Of a DNA stretch of 64,000 nt, positions 8,869-18,323 are shown piece by piece (the stretch's first letter is position 1; every line of letters begins with the position of its first letter). The notes below the pieces were generated by a model. That model made no database searches. It saw only the letters and a program-made list of their open reading frames with translations, and had not been told where the DNA came from. The DNA is from Trueperaceae bacterium (lineage in GTDB: Bacteria > Deinococcota > Deinococci > Deinococcales > Trueperaceae), in contig OZ243956.1 of assembly GCA_965214405.1 (NCBI GenBank), positions 1,984,001 through 2,048,000 of the forward strand. Direction: 5' to 3'. Both the position numbers and the translations under genes were made by a program.

Positions 8869-10839
8869 TTACTTAAAGAACCAGGTGTCGGCGGCGTAAG
8901 GACGGAAGAAGATCGCGTCCGTCGTAAAGATGCCGGACCTCGGCGTGTTACCCAGCCTGTTGCTGAAGACGACCGGGTAAGGGACGAGACCCACCGTGCC
9001 AATCTGAGAGAGGTTTTCTACATTATAAGTGGCAATTTGCCTTGAAAGCTCCAGGTACTCCTCGCTGCCGATAAGCGTTTGCAACCGCTGCTCGTTCCAA
9101 TCCCAAAGCTCTTTGATCTCCTCAGGAGGCTCGGTACCTTCAGCGCCGTCCTCTTCGAACCACGTTTCCCAGGGGTACATGATACCGACCTGATAAGGCG
9201 GCCTGGACCACTCGCTGTCTGTATAAAGCCTGAGTTCGGTCTGGTTGTCGCCGCCCCAGGTGACAATCGGGAGTTCGTTGGAGGTCCGGCGGGTGAAAAA
9301 GAGGCTGGGCTCGAGCTCTTTGGAGTCGATTTTGACCCCGATGTCGGCCCAGTATTCGGTCACCAGTTCGACGATTTTGGCGACGTCGTCGCCCCAGCGC
9401 CAGTATTCCAGCGGGATGGCGAGGGTTTCGCCGTTGGGGCGCAGGCGGAACTCCTCGTTGGCGTCCCACTCGAGGCCCATCTCGTCAAGCAGCGCGTTGG
9501 CCCCTTCCACGTCGTATTCGGCGTAGTAGTTCTCCATCCAGTCCTCGTGGTAAGACGTGCCAGGGATGGGGGCGACCTGGCGAGGTACGCCCTGACCGAG
9601 AAACACCACTTCGTTAATCTCGTCGCGGTTCAGCGCCAGCGACAGTGCCTGGCGGAAACGGACGTCGCTATAAATGTCGAGCAGCGCCGGGTCACCCTCC
9701 CAGGTCTCGTTAAAGCCGAAAACGAGGAACGAGCCTTTAGAACCGTCGCCCAAAAAGGCCGTGTAGTTCCCGTCCGCCTCGCCCTGCTTGTAAAGCGGGA
9801 AGTCGGTAAGCGCCAAGTCCTTCGAAGCAAAGTCGACGTCACCACCCAGGACGGCCAGTTTTTTGGTGTCGACGTTTTGGATGAGCAGGCGGTGCGCTTC
9901 GTCTACGTAGGGTAGCTGGTTGCCCGCCGTATCGACCTTCCAGTAGTAGGGGTTGCGCTCGAAAAACCTGTTGCCCGCGTTGTCGATGCCCACCCACACC
10001 CAGGGATTGAGCACCGGAAGCTCCATGTTCTCTTGCTCCTGGCCGAGCGAGTTGCGGGTCGAGCGGCTGGTGAACATGTCCGCCCAGTCGGTGTAGCCTC
10101 CAGCCTGCGCGTCCGCCTCAGCGTTTTCGTTGTAGTCGATGTGAAACTGTCTTAGGTAGTGGGCGGGCGCAAAGGGGGCCAGGTAGGCAAAGGGTGTCGC
10201 CAGGGTCGCCGTAATAGTCGGGTTTGGCGACGCAAAGTCCAAGACGACTTCGTAGTCACCGACCTTGGTCAGCTTCAAGGGTTCTCCCCCGGCCAGGTAA
10301 ATCTGAGGAACGGTGGGGGTTAACGCTTCGTTCAGGAGGATGTCTTCGTACCAAAAGACGAAGTCGTCCGCGGTAAAGGGTTCGCCGTCGCTCCACTTCA
10401 TCCCCTCGCGCAGGAAGAGCCTCAGACTCGTGTTGTCTTCGTTGAATTCGGAACCCCTGACGATGCTCGGGATGATGGTCAGGTCGGGTGTAAGACTAAA
10501 GAGCGTTTGGTCCGAAGCGGTCGCCAACTCCCATCCTTCCGTGTCGGGGCCTGTCGCGGGGGCTCGCAAAATACCGCCGTACCGCCCGATTTCGTCCAGG
10601 GGCTCGAGAACCATCGGCTCTTGCCCGACGCGCTCCGTGACCGGGGGCAGCTCGCCCGCCGCCACCCGCTCGGCTAAGGACGGGGCCTCGCCCGCGATGG
10701 TCAGCGCGTCGCCCGTCGCGGCCGCGTACTCGGCGGGCGTCTGGAAAACCTGATAGCTTTCGCCTTGACCCTGCGCGAGCGTGGCAAGCGCGAAGCCGAC
10801 CAACAGAAGTAATGTGTCCACCCTGACTAGTTTTTTCAC
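8869..10839 (-). CDS. ABC substrate-binding protein, family 5 (DppA/OppA-like, oligosaccharide-type)
   Basis: Signal peptide; 'LREGMKWSDGEPFTADD', 'RNPYYWKVDTAGNQLPY'. Confidence 0.92.
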   Translation of the reverse strand: MKKLVRVDTLLLLVGFALATLAQGQGESYQVFQTPAEYAAATGDALTIAGEAPSLAERVAAGELPPVTERVGQEPMVLEPLDEIGRYGGILRAPATGPDTEGWELATASDQTLFSLTPDLTIIPSIVRGSEFNEDNTSLRLFLREGMKWSDGEPFTADDFVFWYEDILLNEALTPTVPQIYLAGGEPLKLTKVGDYEVVLDFASPNPTITATLATPFAYLAPFAPAHYLRQFHIDYNENAEADAQAGGYTDWADMFTSRSTRNSLGQEQENMELPVLNPWVWVGIDNAGNRFFERNPYYWKVDTAGNQLPYVDEAHRLLIQNVDTKKLAVLGGDVDFASKDLALTDFPLYKQGEADGNYTAFLGDGSKGSFLVFGFNETWEGDPALLDIYSDVRFRQALSLALNRDEINEVVFLGQGVPRQVAPIPGTSYHEDWMENYYAEYDVEGANALLDEMGLEWDANEEFRLRPNGETLAIPLEYWRWGDDVAKIVELVTEYWADIGVKIDSKELEPSLFFTRRTSNELPIVTWGGDNQTELRLYTDSEWSRPPYQVGIMYPWETWFEEDGAEGTEPPEEIKELWDWNEQRLQTLIGSEEYLELSRQIATYNVENLSQIGTVGLVPYPVVFSNRLGNTPRSGIFTTDAIFFRPYAADTWFFK

Positions 10840-10874
10840 CTATGCACCTCCTAATGCTTTTCTAATATTTTTGC

Positions 10875-11118
10875 TGAATCGATCTACCAATCCATCGACT
10901 AAAAGTAGAGTTAGCGGCCAAACGCGTATGCTTCTCCAAATTTTTACTTACGCAGTCATATTAATCTCTCTAAAGGTTATTTGTCAACAAGGACGGTCGA
11001 ACAATTTGTTTGGTGGGCCTCGGCGGTCTAGATCGGCCCCAAGGCTTTCAGGCCAGCCAACAGCCTTCCTTGACAAAAAACTCGAGAATAACTATGATTT
11101 CAGTTAAACCGATCTACT
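10875..11118. promoter_or_regulatory. Divergent sigma70-type promoters with candidate LacI operators
   Basis: + strand TTGACA(11070)-17nt-TATGAT(11093); - strand TTGACA(10987-10982)-18nt-TAATAT; motif AAyCGATCTAC at ~10877 and ~11107. Confidence 0.7.
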
Positions 11119-11135
11119 AAAGAAGTGAGGTTTAG

Positions 11136-12176
11136 GTGGTACCATCCGTGCATATGGATCAAATAAAGAAGCAGTCGCGGGTCACCCTTCAGGACGTCGC
11201 CAAGGACGCCGAAGTGTCCAGATCGACGGCCTCTCTCGTCCTCAACGACAGCGACCGCATTCCCGAAGGGACCAAGCGGCGGGTGCGGGCCTCCATCGAA
11301 AAACTCGGCTACATCTATAACCATAAGGCCGCCAGCCTGCGCACGCAGCGCTCGCAGACGGTCGGGGTTATCGTCACCGACTTGAGCAATCCCTTTTACG
11401 CCGAGCTGATCCGCGGCATCAACCGCGGGCTCCAGGCGAACGGGTACGCGGCCCTCCTGGGCGATTCCGACGACCTCCTGGCGACCCAAAACGCCATCAC
11501 CATGAAGATGCTCGAGCGGATGGTCGACGGCCTCATCATCGTCCCCGCCGAGGGCACGTCGGCCGAAAACCTGCGAACCCTCGTCGCGGGCACCCCCACC
11601 GTCACAGTCGCCCGCTACGTTTCGGGTGCCGACCTCGACTACGTCGGCATCGACAACGAACTGGGCGCGAGGCGGGCGGTCGAGCGGCTCGTCGAGAAGG
11701 GTCACGAGCGCATCGCTTTTATAGGGGGCTCGCTCAGCTCGTCCGCGCGGCGCGACCGGCTTAAGGGGTACAAGAGTATTCTGGAGGGTCGCGGGCTGGT
11801 TGTCGACGACGCCCTGACGGTCACGAGTCCTGTCACGCGTCAAGGGGGGTTCGACGCCGTCCAGCCCCTGCTCGAGCTGCCCACACCCCCGACGGCGGCG
11901 CTCTGTTACAACGACGTCGTGGCCTTTGGCGTCATGCTCGGGCTGCGCAAGCGGGGAGTGGAGCCGGGTCGAGACTTTGCGGTGATCGGCTTTGACGACG
12001 TGGCGGAGACGGCGCTGTGGTCGCCCCCCCTCGCCACCGTCGCGCCGAACCAGCCGATGGGCGAAGCCGCGGCGCGGCTGATCTTAGAGCGCATCGACAA
12101 GCCCACGGACGAAACGCGCCAGGTCATCATGCCCTCCACCCTGATTTTAAGAGAGTCGGCCGGTCTACGTGGCTAG
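11136..12176 (+). CDS. LacI-family transcriptional regulator
   Basis: HTH 'TLQDVAKDAEVSRSTASLVLN'; 'VIGFDD' sugar-binding domain. Confidence 0.95.
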   Translation: MVPSVHMDQIKKQSRVTLQDVAKDAEVSRSTASLVLNDSDRIPEGTKRRVRASIEKLGYIYNHKAASLRTQRSQTVGVIVTDLSNPFYAELIRGINRGLQANGYAALLGDSDDLLATQNAITMKMLERMVDGLIIVPAEGTSAENLRTLVAGTPTVTVARYVSGADLDYVGIDNELGARRAVERLVEKGHERIAFIGGSLSSSARRDRLKGYKSILEGRGLVVDDALTVTSPVTRQGGFDAVQPLLELPTPPTAALCYNDVVAFGVMLGLRKRGVEPGRDFAVIGFDDVAETALWSPPLATVAPNQPMGEAAARLILERIDKPTDETRQVIMPSTLILRESAGLRG

Positions 12177-12230
12177 ACCGGCACGGACTCCTCGCCCACG
12201 GCGTAACCCGCACATGAGACTGGAGACACC

Positions 12231-13808
12231 ATGAAACCTGTGAAGAGTCCGGCCGAAGCCGCCGCCCTCATCCCCGACGGGGCCACCCTGTCGATTAGCT
12301 CCTCGAGCGGTCTCGGTTGCCCCGACGCCGTGCTCAAGGCCATCGGCGAGCGCTTCGAGGAACAGGGGCTGCCGCGCGGGCTCACCGTCATAAGCCCAAT
12401 CGCAGCCGGTGACATGTACGGCATCAAGGGCGTCGACCACCTCGCGCAACGGGGACTGCTCAAACGCATCATCGCGGGGTCTTACCCGAGCGGCCCCTCC
12501 TCGATGCCCTCGCCCAGAATCTGGGAGATGATCTACGCAGACGAGGTCGAGGCGTACAACATCCCCAGCGGCATCTTGTTCCACCTGCACCGCGAGCTCT
12601 CGGCCAAGCGCCCCGGGCTGCTGACCCACGTGGGCATGGACACCTATTTAGACCCCTGCCAGCACGGCGGGCGCATGAACGGCGTCACGCCCGACGGCGT
12701 CGTGCGGCGGGTCGAGTTCGAGGGCCAGACCTGGCTCTTTTTCCCCGTCATCCCGGTGGACGTCGCCATCATCAGGGGCACCAGCGCCGACGAAGACGGC
12801 AACCTTTCGATGGAGCACGAGGGGGCCTATCTCGGTGCCTATGACCAGGCGCTCGCAGCGCACAATAGCGGCGGCGTGGTCATTGCGCAGGTTAAACGGG
12901 TAGTAGAAAAAGGCTCGCTCAACCCACAGATGGTGCGCGTACCCGGCATCCTGGTCGACTACGTCACCGTCGACCCCGAGCAGATGCAAACGACCCAGAC
13001 GAGCTTCGACCCCGCCATCAGCGGCGCGATAAAAAGACCGGCGGGAAGTTTTGAAGACGTCCCCTGGAGCGTCGACAAGATGATCGCGCGGCGGGCGGCG
13101 CAGGAACTAAAAAGGGGCGAGGCCGTGAACTTGGGCTTCGGGATTTCGGCCCTGGTGCCGCGCATCCTCTTAGAAGCGGGCGAGGCGGACGCGGTCACCT
13201 GGGCGATAGAGCAGGGGGCGGTGGGGGGCGTGCCGCTGCTCGGCTTTCAGTTCGGTTGCGCCGCCAACGCCGCCGCCATCGTGCCCTCGCCCGACCAGTT
13301 CAGCTATTTTCAGGGCGGTGGTTTTGACAGAACCATGCTGTCCTTTATGCAAGTGGACAAAGTGGGCAACGTCAACGTCTCGAGGCTCAACGCCAAACCC
13401 CACGTCACCGCCGGGGTGGGCGGCTTCGTCGACATCACCGCGCACGCCAAGCGCATCGTCTTTAGCGGTTACTTTACGGCGGGCGGGCTCAAGCTGAGCT
13501 TAGAAGACGGCGGGTTGAAAATCTTAAAAGAGGGCAAGGTGAGCAAGTTCGTCGGCGAGGTCGAGCACGTCACCTTCAGCGGCAAGCGGGCGCTCGAGGG
13601 GGGGCAAGAAGTCGTTTACATCACCGAACGCTGCGTTATCAAACTTCTGCCCGAAGGATTGACGGTGACGGAAGTCGCACCCGGCGTGAGCCTGGAAAAA
13701 GACATCCTGGCAAGAGCCGAATTTGAACTTAAAGTAAGCCCGAACCTGAAAGTGATGGATGAACGCCTATTCATCGAAAGCAGCGACGGTCTGCTTTTCC
13801 AGGCATAG
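12231..13808 (+). CDS. Acyl-CoA:acetate/3-ketoacid CoA transferase (YdiF/Pct family, fused subunits)
   Basis: 'RGTSADEDGNLSME', 'VNLGFG', 'EQG', 'GNVNVS', 'YITERCV'. Confidence 0.9.
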   Translation: MKPVKSPAEAAALIPDGATLSISSSSGLGCPDAVLKAIGERFEEQGLPRGLTVISPIAAGDMYGIKGVDHLAQRGLLKRIIAGSYPSGPSSMPSPRIWEMIYADEVEAYNIPSGILFHLHRELSAKRPGLLTHVGMDTYLDPCQHGGRMNGVTPDGVVRRVEFEGQTWLFFPVIPVDVAIIRGTSADEDGNLSMEHEGAYLGAYDQALAAHNSGGVVIAQVKRVVEKGSLNPQMVRVPGILVDYVTVDPEQMQTTQTSFDPAISGAIKRPAGSFEDVPWSVDKMIARRAAQELKRGEAVNLGFGISALVPRILLEAGEADAVTWAIEQGAVGGVPLLGFQFGCAANAAAIVPSPDQFSYFQGGGFDRTMLSFMQVDKVGNVNVSRLNAKPHVTAGVGGFVDITAHAKRIVFSGYFTAGGLKLSLEDGGLKILKEGKVSKFVGEVEHVTFSGKRALEGGQEVVYITERCVIKLLPEGLTVTEVAPGVSLEKDILARAEFELKVSPNLKVMDERLFIESSDGLLFQA

Positions 13809-13810
13809 CG

Positions 13811-16048
13811 TTGAGTCTTTTCGTTCACCTCAGCCCGCGCGAGGGAAAACTGGCAAGCGCGATTTTTGAGCGCCTCTTCCCTACTGACGATGTACCAGGT
13901 GCCACCGAGATAGGTGTTGCCGACTACCTCGACAGAGCGCTGGGCGGCGCTTACAGGTCTGAACGCGAAACGTACCGGCTTGGTTTAGCGGCTCTCGACA
14001 GAGCGGCGCGCAACTTAAAAGGGAACGGCTTTGCCGAGTGCGGCGATGAGGGTCAGGACGACCTACTCACTGGGCTCGAGCACGGCACCCTACCAGACTT
14101 TCACTCACCCGACCAACTTGAGTTCTTCGAGCTGCTACGCGCTCATTTGCAAGAGGGTTTGTTCGCCGACCCCGCCTACGGCGGCAACCGGGACAAGTTG
14201 GGCTGGCAGGTACTCGGGCACCCCGGCGTCTACTTAGAGAACAGCGCCGAGGAGAACCTGAGCGACGCGCCTGTTACCAAGGGGGGCAAGATTCAGTCGT
14301 TGGGGGACGTCATGCCCACGCTACAGGAGGGGATGACACCCGTGCCCGGCTACGACCCCCAACTCGGTAGCCGCGCACCCGAGGGGGAAGCGGACGTGGT
14401 CATCGTGGGCATGGGCGCGGTGGGCGGCCTCATCGCGCCCGTTCTGGCCGGGGCGGGGCTCAAAGTGGTGGGGCTCGAGGCGGGGCCGTACCGCAGCAAG
14501 CGAGACTTTTTACCCGACGAACTGGGGCACAGCTATTACGCCCGCGCAAGCATGGGACCGAAGTTCTTGCAGGAAATCCCGCAGTGGCGGCGGAGCGGAG
14601 ACGAACCTACACGGGAAGCAACCTTCTCGCTTGGCAAGATGATGAACAGCGTCGGGGGGTCGGTCATCCACTACGGCGCGTGGCTGCGGCGCTTTCACCC
14701 GCATCATTTCATGTCCCTGAGCCGGGTGCGCGAACGCTGGGGTGAGGACGTTTTACCTTCGGGCTGCACCCTCGCCGACTGGCCTGTGACCTACGCCGAC
14801 TTGGAACCCTATTACGATAGGCTCGAGCGCACCATAGGCGTCGCCGGTCCCGACGAGACGCCCTATATACCGCGCAGAGGGCCGCACCCCATGCCGCCCC
14901 TGAGAGACTTCAGGCTGGGTCAAGCTTTCAGCGCCGCCGCCCGCGAGCTGGGCCTGCACCCCTACCCCGTGCCCGCCGGGATGAACAGCGTGCCCTACGG
15001 CGGACGCCCCGCCACGACCTACACCGCCTGGAGCAACGGCTTCGGGTCTTATAACGACGCCAAGTGGCACCCCGGCCTCAGCTCGGTGCCGGAGGCGCTG
15101 GCGACGGGCCGTTTGCAGCTAAAGACGCACTGCCGCGTCCTGAACGTCCTCACCGACAGCGAGGGTCACGCGTGCGGCGTGACGTACCTCGACGCCAACG
15201 GTAAAGAGCGGGTGCAGAGGGCGCGTCGCGTTATCTTGTCGAGCTACACCTTTGAAAACGTCCGGCTGATGCTCCTGTCGGGTAGCACCAGGCATCCCGA
15301 CGGTTTGGGTCATACAAACGGTCAGCTCGGCAAACACTTCATGACAAAAATGTTCGCCCACGTCGATGGCTTTTGCCCCGACCAGATTTTCAACCGGCAC
15401 ACCGGACCCGCCGCGCAGGGCGTTATTGTGGACGACTACCTAGCTGAGGGCTTCGATTCCGTTGAGCACGGCTTTATCGGCGGCGCGACCCTGGGCGCTG
15501 AGCAGCAGTTTTTGCCCTTGCAGATAAGCCGTGAAGCCCTACCCGACGACGTACCGCGCTGGGGCAAAGGCTACAAAGACCATCTGAGGCAGTGGCAACG
15601 CTTCGGCGTGGTGCGTATTCAACCCGATACCCTGCCTTATGAACACAACTACCTCGACCTCGACCCTGTGCGTAAGGACACGTCGGGGCTCGGCTTGCCC
15701 GTCGTCCGCATCACCTACGACATGCAGGCGAATGAGTCTAACCTTGCAGATTGGATGGAGGGTAAAGCTGAGGAGATTTTAAGACACATGGGGGCGACGA
15801 AGACCTGGCGTGGCCCGCGCTTCACGGGCGTGGGCAGCAGTCACGACCTCGGCGGCTGCCGCGCGGGAGACGACCCCGGCCTCAACGTGTTAGGCCGCGA
15901 TTTGCAGGTACACGACACCCCCGGGCTTTACGTTTTCGGCGGCGCAGCCTTCGCGTCTTGTCCCGGCATCAACCCGACCCTGACCATCTGGGCCATGTGC
16001 TTACGCGCGGCTGAACGGCTGGTGCAGACGGCCAAGGAGACCCTATGA
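13811..16048 (+). CDS. GMC oxidoreductase with fused N-terminal gluconate-2-dehydrogenase subunit-3-like domain
   Basis: N-terminal 'EGLFADPAYGGNRDKLGWQVLGHPG'; FAD motif 'VIVGMGAVG'; 'SVGGSVIHY'; C-terminal 'HDLGG', 'NPTLT'. Confidence 0.85.
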   Translation: MSLFVHLSPREGKLASAIFERLFPTDDVPGATEIGVADYLDRALGGAYRSERETYRLGLAALDRAARNLKGNGFAECGDEGQDDLLTGLEHGTLPDFHSPDQLEFFELLRAHLQEGLFADPAYGGNRDKLGWQVLGHPGVYLENSAEENLSDAPVTKGGKIQSLGDVMPTLQEGMTPVPGYDPQLGSRAPEGEADVVIVGMGAVGGLIAPVLAGAGLKVVGLEAGPYRSKRDFLPDELGHSYYARASMGPKFLQEIPQWRRSGDEPTREATFSLGKMMNSVGGSVIHYGAWLRRFHPHHFMSLSRVRERWGEDVLPSGCTLADWPVTYADLEPYYDRLERTIGVAGPDETPYIPRRGPHPMPPLRDFRLGQAFSAAARELGLHPYPVPAGMNSVPYGGRPATTYTAWSNGFGSYNDAKWHPGLSSVPEALATGRLQLKTHCRVLNVLTDSEGHACGVTYLDANGKERVQRARRVILSSYTFENVRLMLLSGSTRHPDGLGHTNGQLGKHFMTKMFAHVDGFCPDQIFNRHTGPAAQGVIVDDYLAEGFDSVEHGFIGGATLGAEQQFLPLQISREALPDDVPRWGKGYKDHLRQWQRFGVVRIQPDTLPYEHNYLDLDPVRKDTSGLGLPVVRITYDMQANESNLADWMEGKAEEILRHMGATKTWRGPRFTGVGSSHDLGGCRAGDDPGLNVLGRDLQVHDTPGLYVFGGAAFASCPGINPTLTIWAMCLRAAERLVQTAKETL

Positions 16049-16089
16049 AGGAAACCGTATGAGGGAGACTGTATGAGGAAGGCTGTGTG
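16034..16089 (+). repeat. Four tandem 14-bp units, each with an SD-like purine tract and a start codon
   Basis: aaggagaccctatg / aaggaaaccgtatg / agggagactgtatg / aggaaggctgtgtg. Confidence 0.9.
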
Positions 16090-16836
16090 ATAGACCTCGA
16101 GACGAACGGCGCGCTGGCGACCTTGACCCTGAACCGTCCCGACAAACTCAACGCGCTTACCCTCGAGATGCTCGAGACCCTGGAGGCCCACTGCGCCACC
16201 TTGGAAACCAACCGTGAGGTTCGCGTCGTCCTGCTGGGGGCGGAGGGCAAAGCCTTTTGCGTGGGCGCAGACATTCACGCCTGGACAGCCCTGACACCCC
16301 TGGAAATGTACAGCCGCTGGATCCGGACGGGACACCGGGTGTTCGACCGCTTGGCGGCGCTGCCCCAACCCGTTATTGCGCTGTTGCAGGGTTATACCTT
16401 TGGGGGCGGGCTCGAGCTGGCGCTGGCGGCGGACATTCGCTTAGCAGCGGAGGGTGTAAAACTCGCCATGCCCGAGGTCAAGCTGTCCACCATACCCGGC
16501 TGGGCGGGCACCCGCAGGCTGCCTGAATTAATTGGCCCCGCCAGAGCAAAGCAGATGATTTTTAGTGGCGAGCAGATTTCCGCACATCAAGCCGACGCTT
16601 GGGGGCTTGTAAACGAGGTTGTACCCGCTCGAGACCTGACTAAACGTGGAGGGCAACTGGCAGAGACCATCGCCGCGAATGCGCCTCTGTCCGTTCGTAT
16701 CGCCAAGCAAGTTGTCAATAACGATACGGTCACGCTCGAGGCTTTAGCAGGCGCACTTACCGCCACCACCAACGACGCCAAAGAAGGATTAAACGCCTTC
16801 CGCGAGAAACGCAGTCCAAACTTTAAGGGAGAGTGA
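16087..16836 (+). CDS. Enoyl-CoA hydratase/isomerase family protein
   Basis: 'LNRPDKLNAL', 'AFCVGADI', 'GGGLELALAADIR', 'MPEV'. Confidence 0.92.
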   Translation: MIDLETNGALATLTLNRPDKLNALTLEMLETLEAHCATLETNREVRVVLLGAEGKAFCVGADIHAWTALTPLEMYSRWIRTGHRVFDRLAALPQPVIALLQGYTFGGGLELALAADIRLAAEGVKLAMPEVKLSTIPGWAGTRRLPELIGPARAKQMIFSGEQISAHQADAWGLVNEVVPARDLTKRGGQLAETIAANAPLSVRIAKQVVNNDTVTLEALAGALTATTNDAKEGLNAFREKRSPNFKGE

Positions 16837-16838
16837 TA

Positions 16839-18323
16839 ATGGTAGCAGACTTGAAAAAACAAACGTTTGACATGCTGATTGATGGGCGGTGGCAGCCTTC
16901 AGCGGCGTCCGAATCCTACACCCGGGAGAGTCCCTCGCACGACGTCTCCGTCGGTGAGTACCCTTTGGGCACAGCGGAAGACGTCGACCACGCGGTCGAG
17001 GCGGCGCGGCGTGCCTTTGACGACGGCCCCTGGCCCCGGATGCGCGGCGCGGAACGGGCCAGATGCCTGACGAAAGTAGCTGAGCTCGTCAGGGAGAACT
17101 CAGAAGACTTAGCCGTCACAGAAGTTTTGGAGAGCGGCAAGCCCATCTCACAAGCGCGTGGCGAGATGGAGGGCGTCGCGGGGCTGTGGGAGTACGCGGC
17201 GACGCTCGCCCGTCACAGTCACGGGGACAGCTACAACAGCCTCGGCGACGACATGCTGGGCTTTGTTTTTAGGGAACCCGTGGGCGTCGTCGGCATGATT
17301 ACCCCCTGGAACTTCCCGCTGCTTATCGTCAGCCAGAAGCTGCCCTTCGCCCTGGCGGTGGGCTGCACGAGCGTCGTCAAACCGAGCGAGCTGACGCCGG
17401 GTACGACGCTCATGCTGGGTAAGTTCATTCAAGAGGCAGGCGTCCCCGAGGGCGTCGTCAACATCGTGACGGGCTACGGTCAGCCCGTGGGGGCGCGGCT
17501 GGCGAGCCACCCCGACGTGGACATGATTTCTTTTACGGGCTCGACGGCGGTGGGCAAAAGGATTGTCGAGGCGTCGGCGGGCAATCTCAAAAAGGTGTCG
17601 CTCGAGCTGGGCGGCAAAAATCCCCAAATTATCTTTGCCGATGCCGACTTAGACGCCGCCCTTGACGCCGCCGTGTTCGGCGTGTACTTCAACATGGGCG
17701 AGTGCTGCAACAGCGGCAGCCGCCTGCTGTTACAGCGCGACATCGCCGAAGACTTCCAAAAAGCTCTGGTGGGGCGCGCCGCCACCGTTCCCGTCGGCGA
17801 CCCGCTGGACGAAGCCACCAAGGTCGGCGCGATCATCAACGAAACGCAGCAGAGCAAAATCACCCGGCTCATCGGCTCAGGACAACAGCAGGGCGCGAAC
17901 CTGGCGCTGGGCGGTAAGCCTATCAAGAGCGAAAAGGGACGCTACATCGAGGCCACGGTGTTTACCGGCGTTGAGCCCGAGATGGACATTGCTAAAGAAG
18001 AGATTTTCGGCCCCGTCCTTTCGGTCCTCACCTTCGACACGGCTGAAGAAGCCGTCCGCATCGCCAACAACACGCTCTACGGGCTGTCCGCAGGTGTGTG
18101 GACTAAAGACATCGACACGGCCTTCAAGCTGACCAAAACGATTCGGGCGGGCACGGTCTGGGTCAACACCTTTATGGACGGCTACCCCGAACTGCCCTTC
18201 GGCGGCTACCGAGAGAGCGGGCTGGGGCGCGAATTGGGCAGGTTCGCCGCCGACGAGTTCAGCGAACTCAAAACCGTGCAGCTCCACTTAGGCGAACGCA
18301 CCAATTGGTGGCACAAGTTATGA
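16839..18323 (+). CDS. NAD-dependent aldehyde dehydrogenase
   Basis: 'ITPWNFP', 'FTGST', 'LELGGK', catalytic Cys 'GECCNSG', 'EEIFGP'. Confidence 0.95.
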   Translation: MVADLKKQTFDMLIDGRWQPSAASESYTRESPSHDVSVGEYPLGTAEDVDHAVEAARRAFDDGPWPRMRGAERARCLTKVAELVRENSEDLAVTEVLESGKPISQARGEMEGVAGLWEYAATLARHSHGDSYNSLGDDMLGFVFREPVGVVGMITPWNFPLLIVSQKLPFALAVGCTSVVKPSELTPGTTLMLGKFIQEAGVPEGVVNIVTGYGQPVGARLASHPDVDMISFTGSTAVGKRIVEASAGNLKKVSLELGGKNPQIIFADADLDAALDAAVFGVYFNMGECCNSGSRLLLQRDIAEDFQKALVGRAATVPVGDPLDEATKVGAIINETQQSKITRLIGSGQQQGANLALGGKPIKSEKGRYIEATVFTGVEPEMDIAKEEIFGPVLSVLTFDTAEEAVRIANNTLYGLSAGVWTKDIDTAFKLTKTIRAGTVWVNTFMDGYPELPFGGYRESGLGRELGRFAADEFSELKTVQLHLGERTNWWHKL

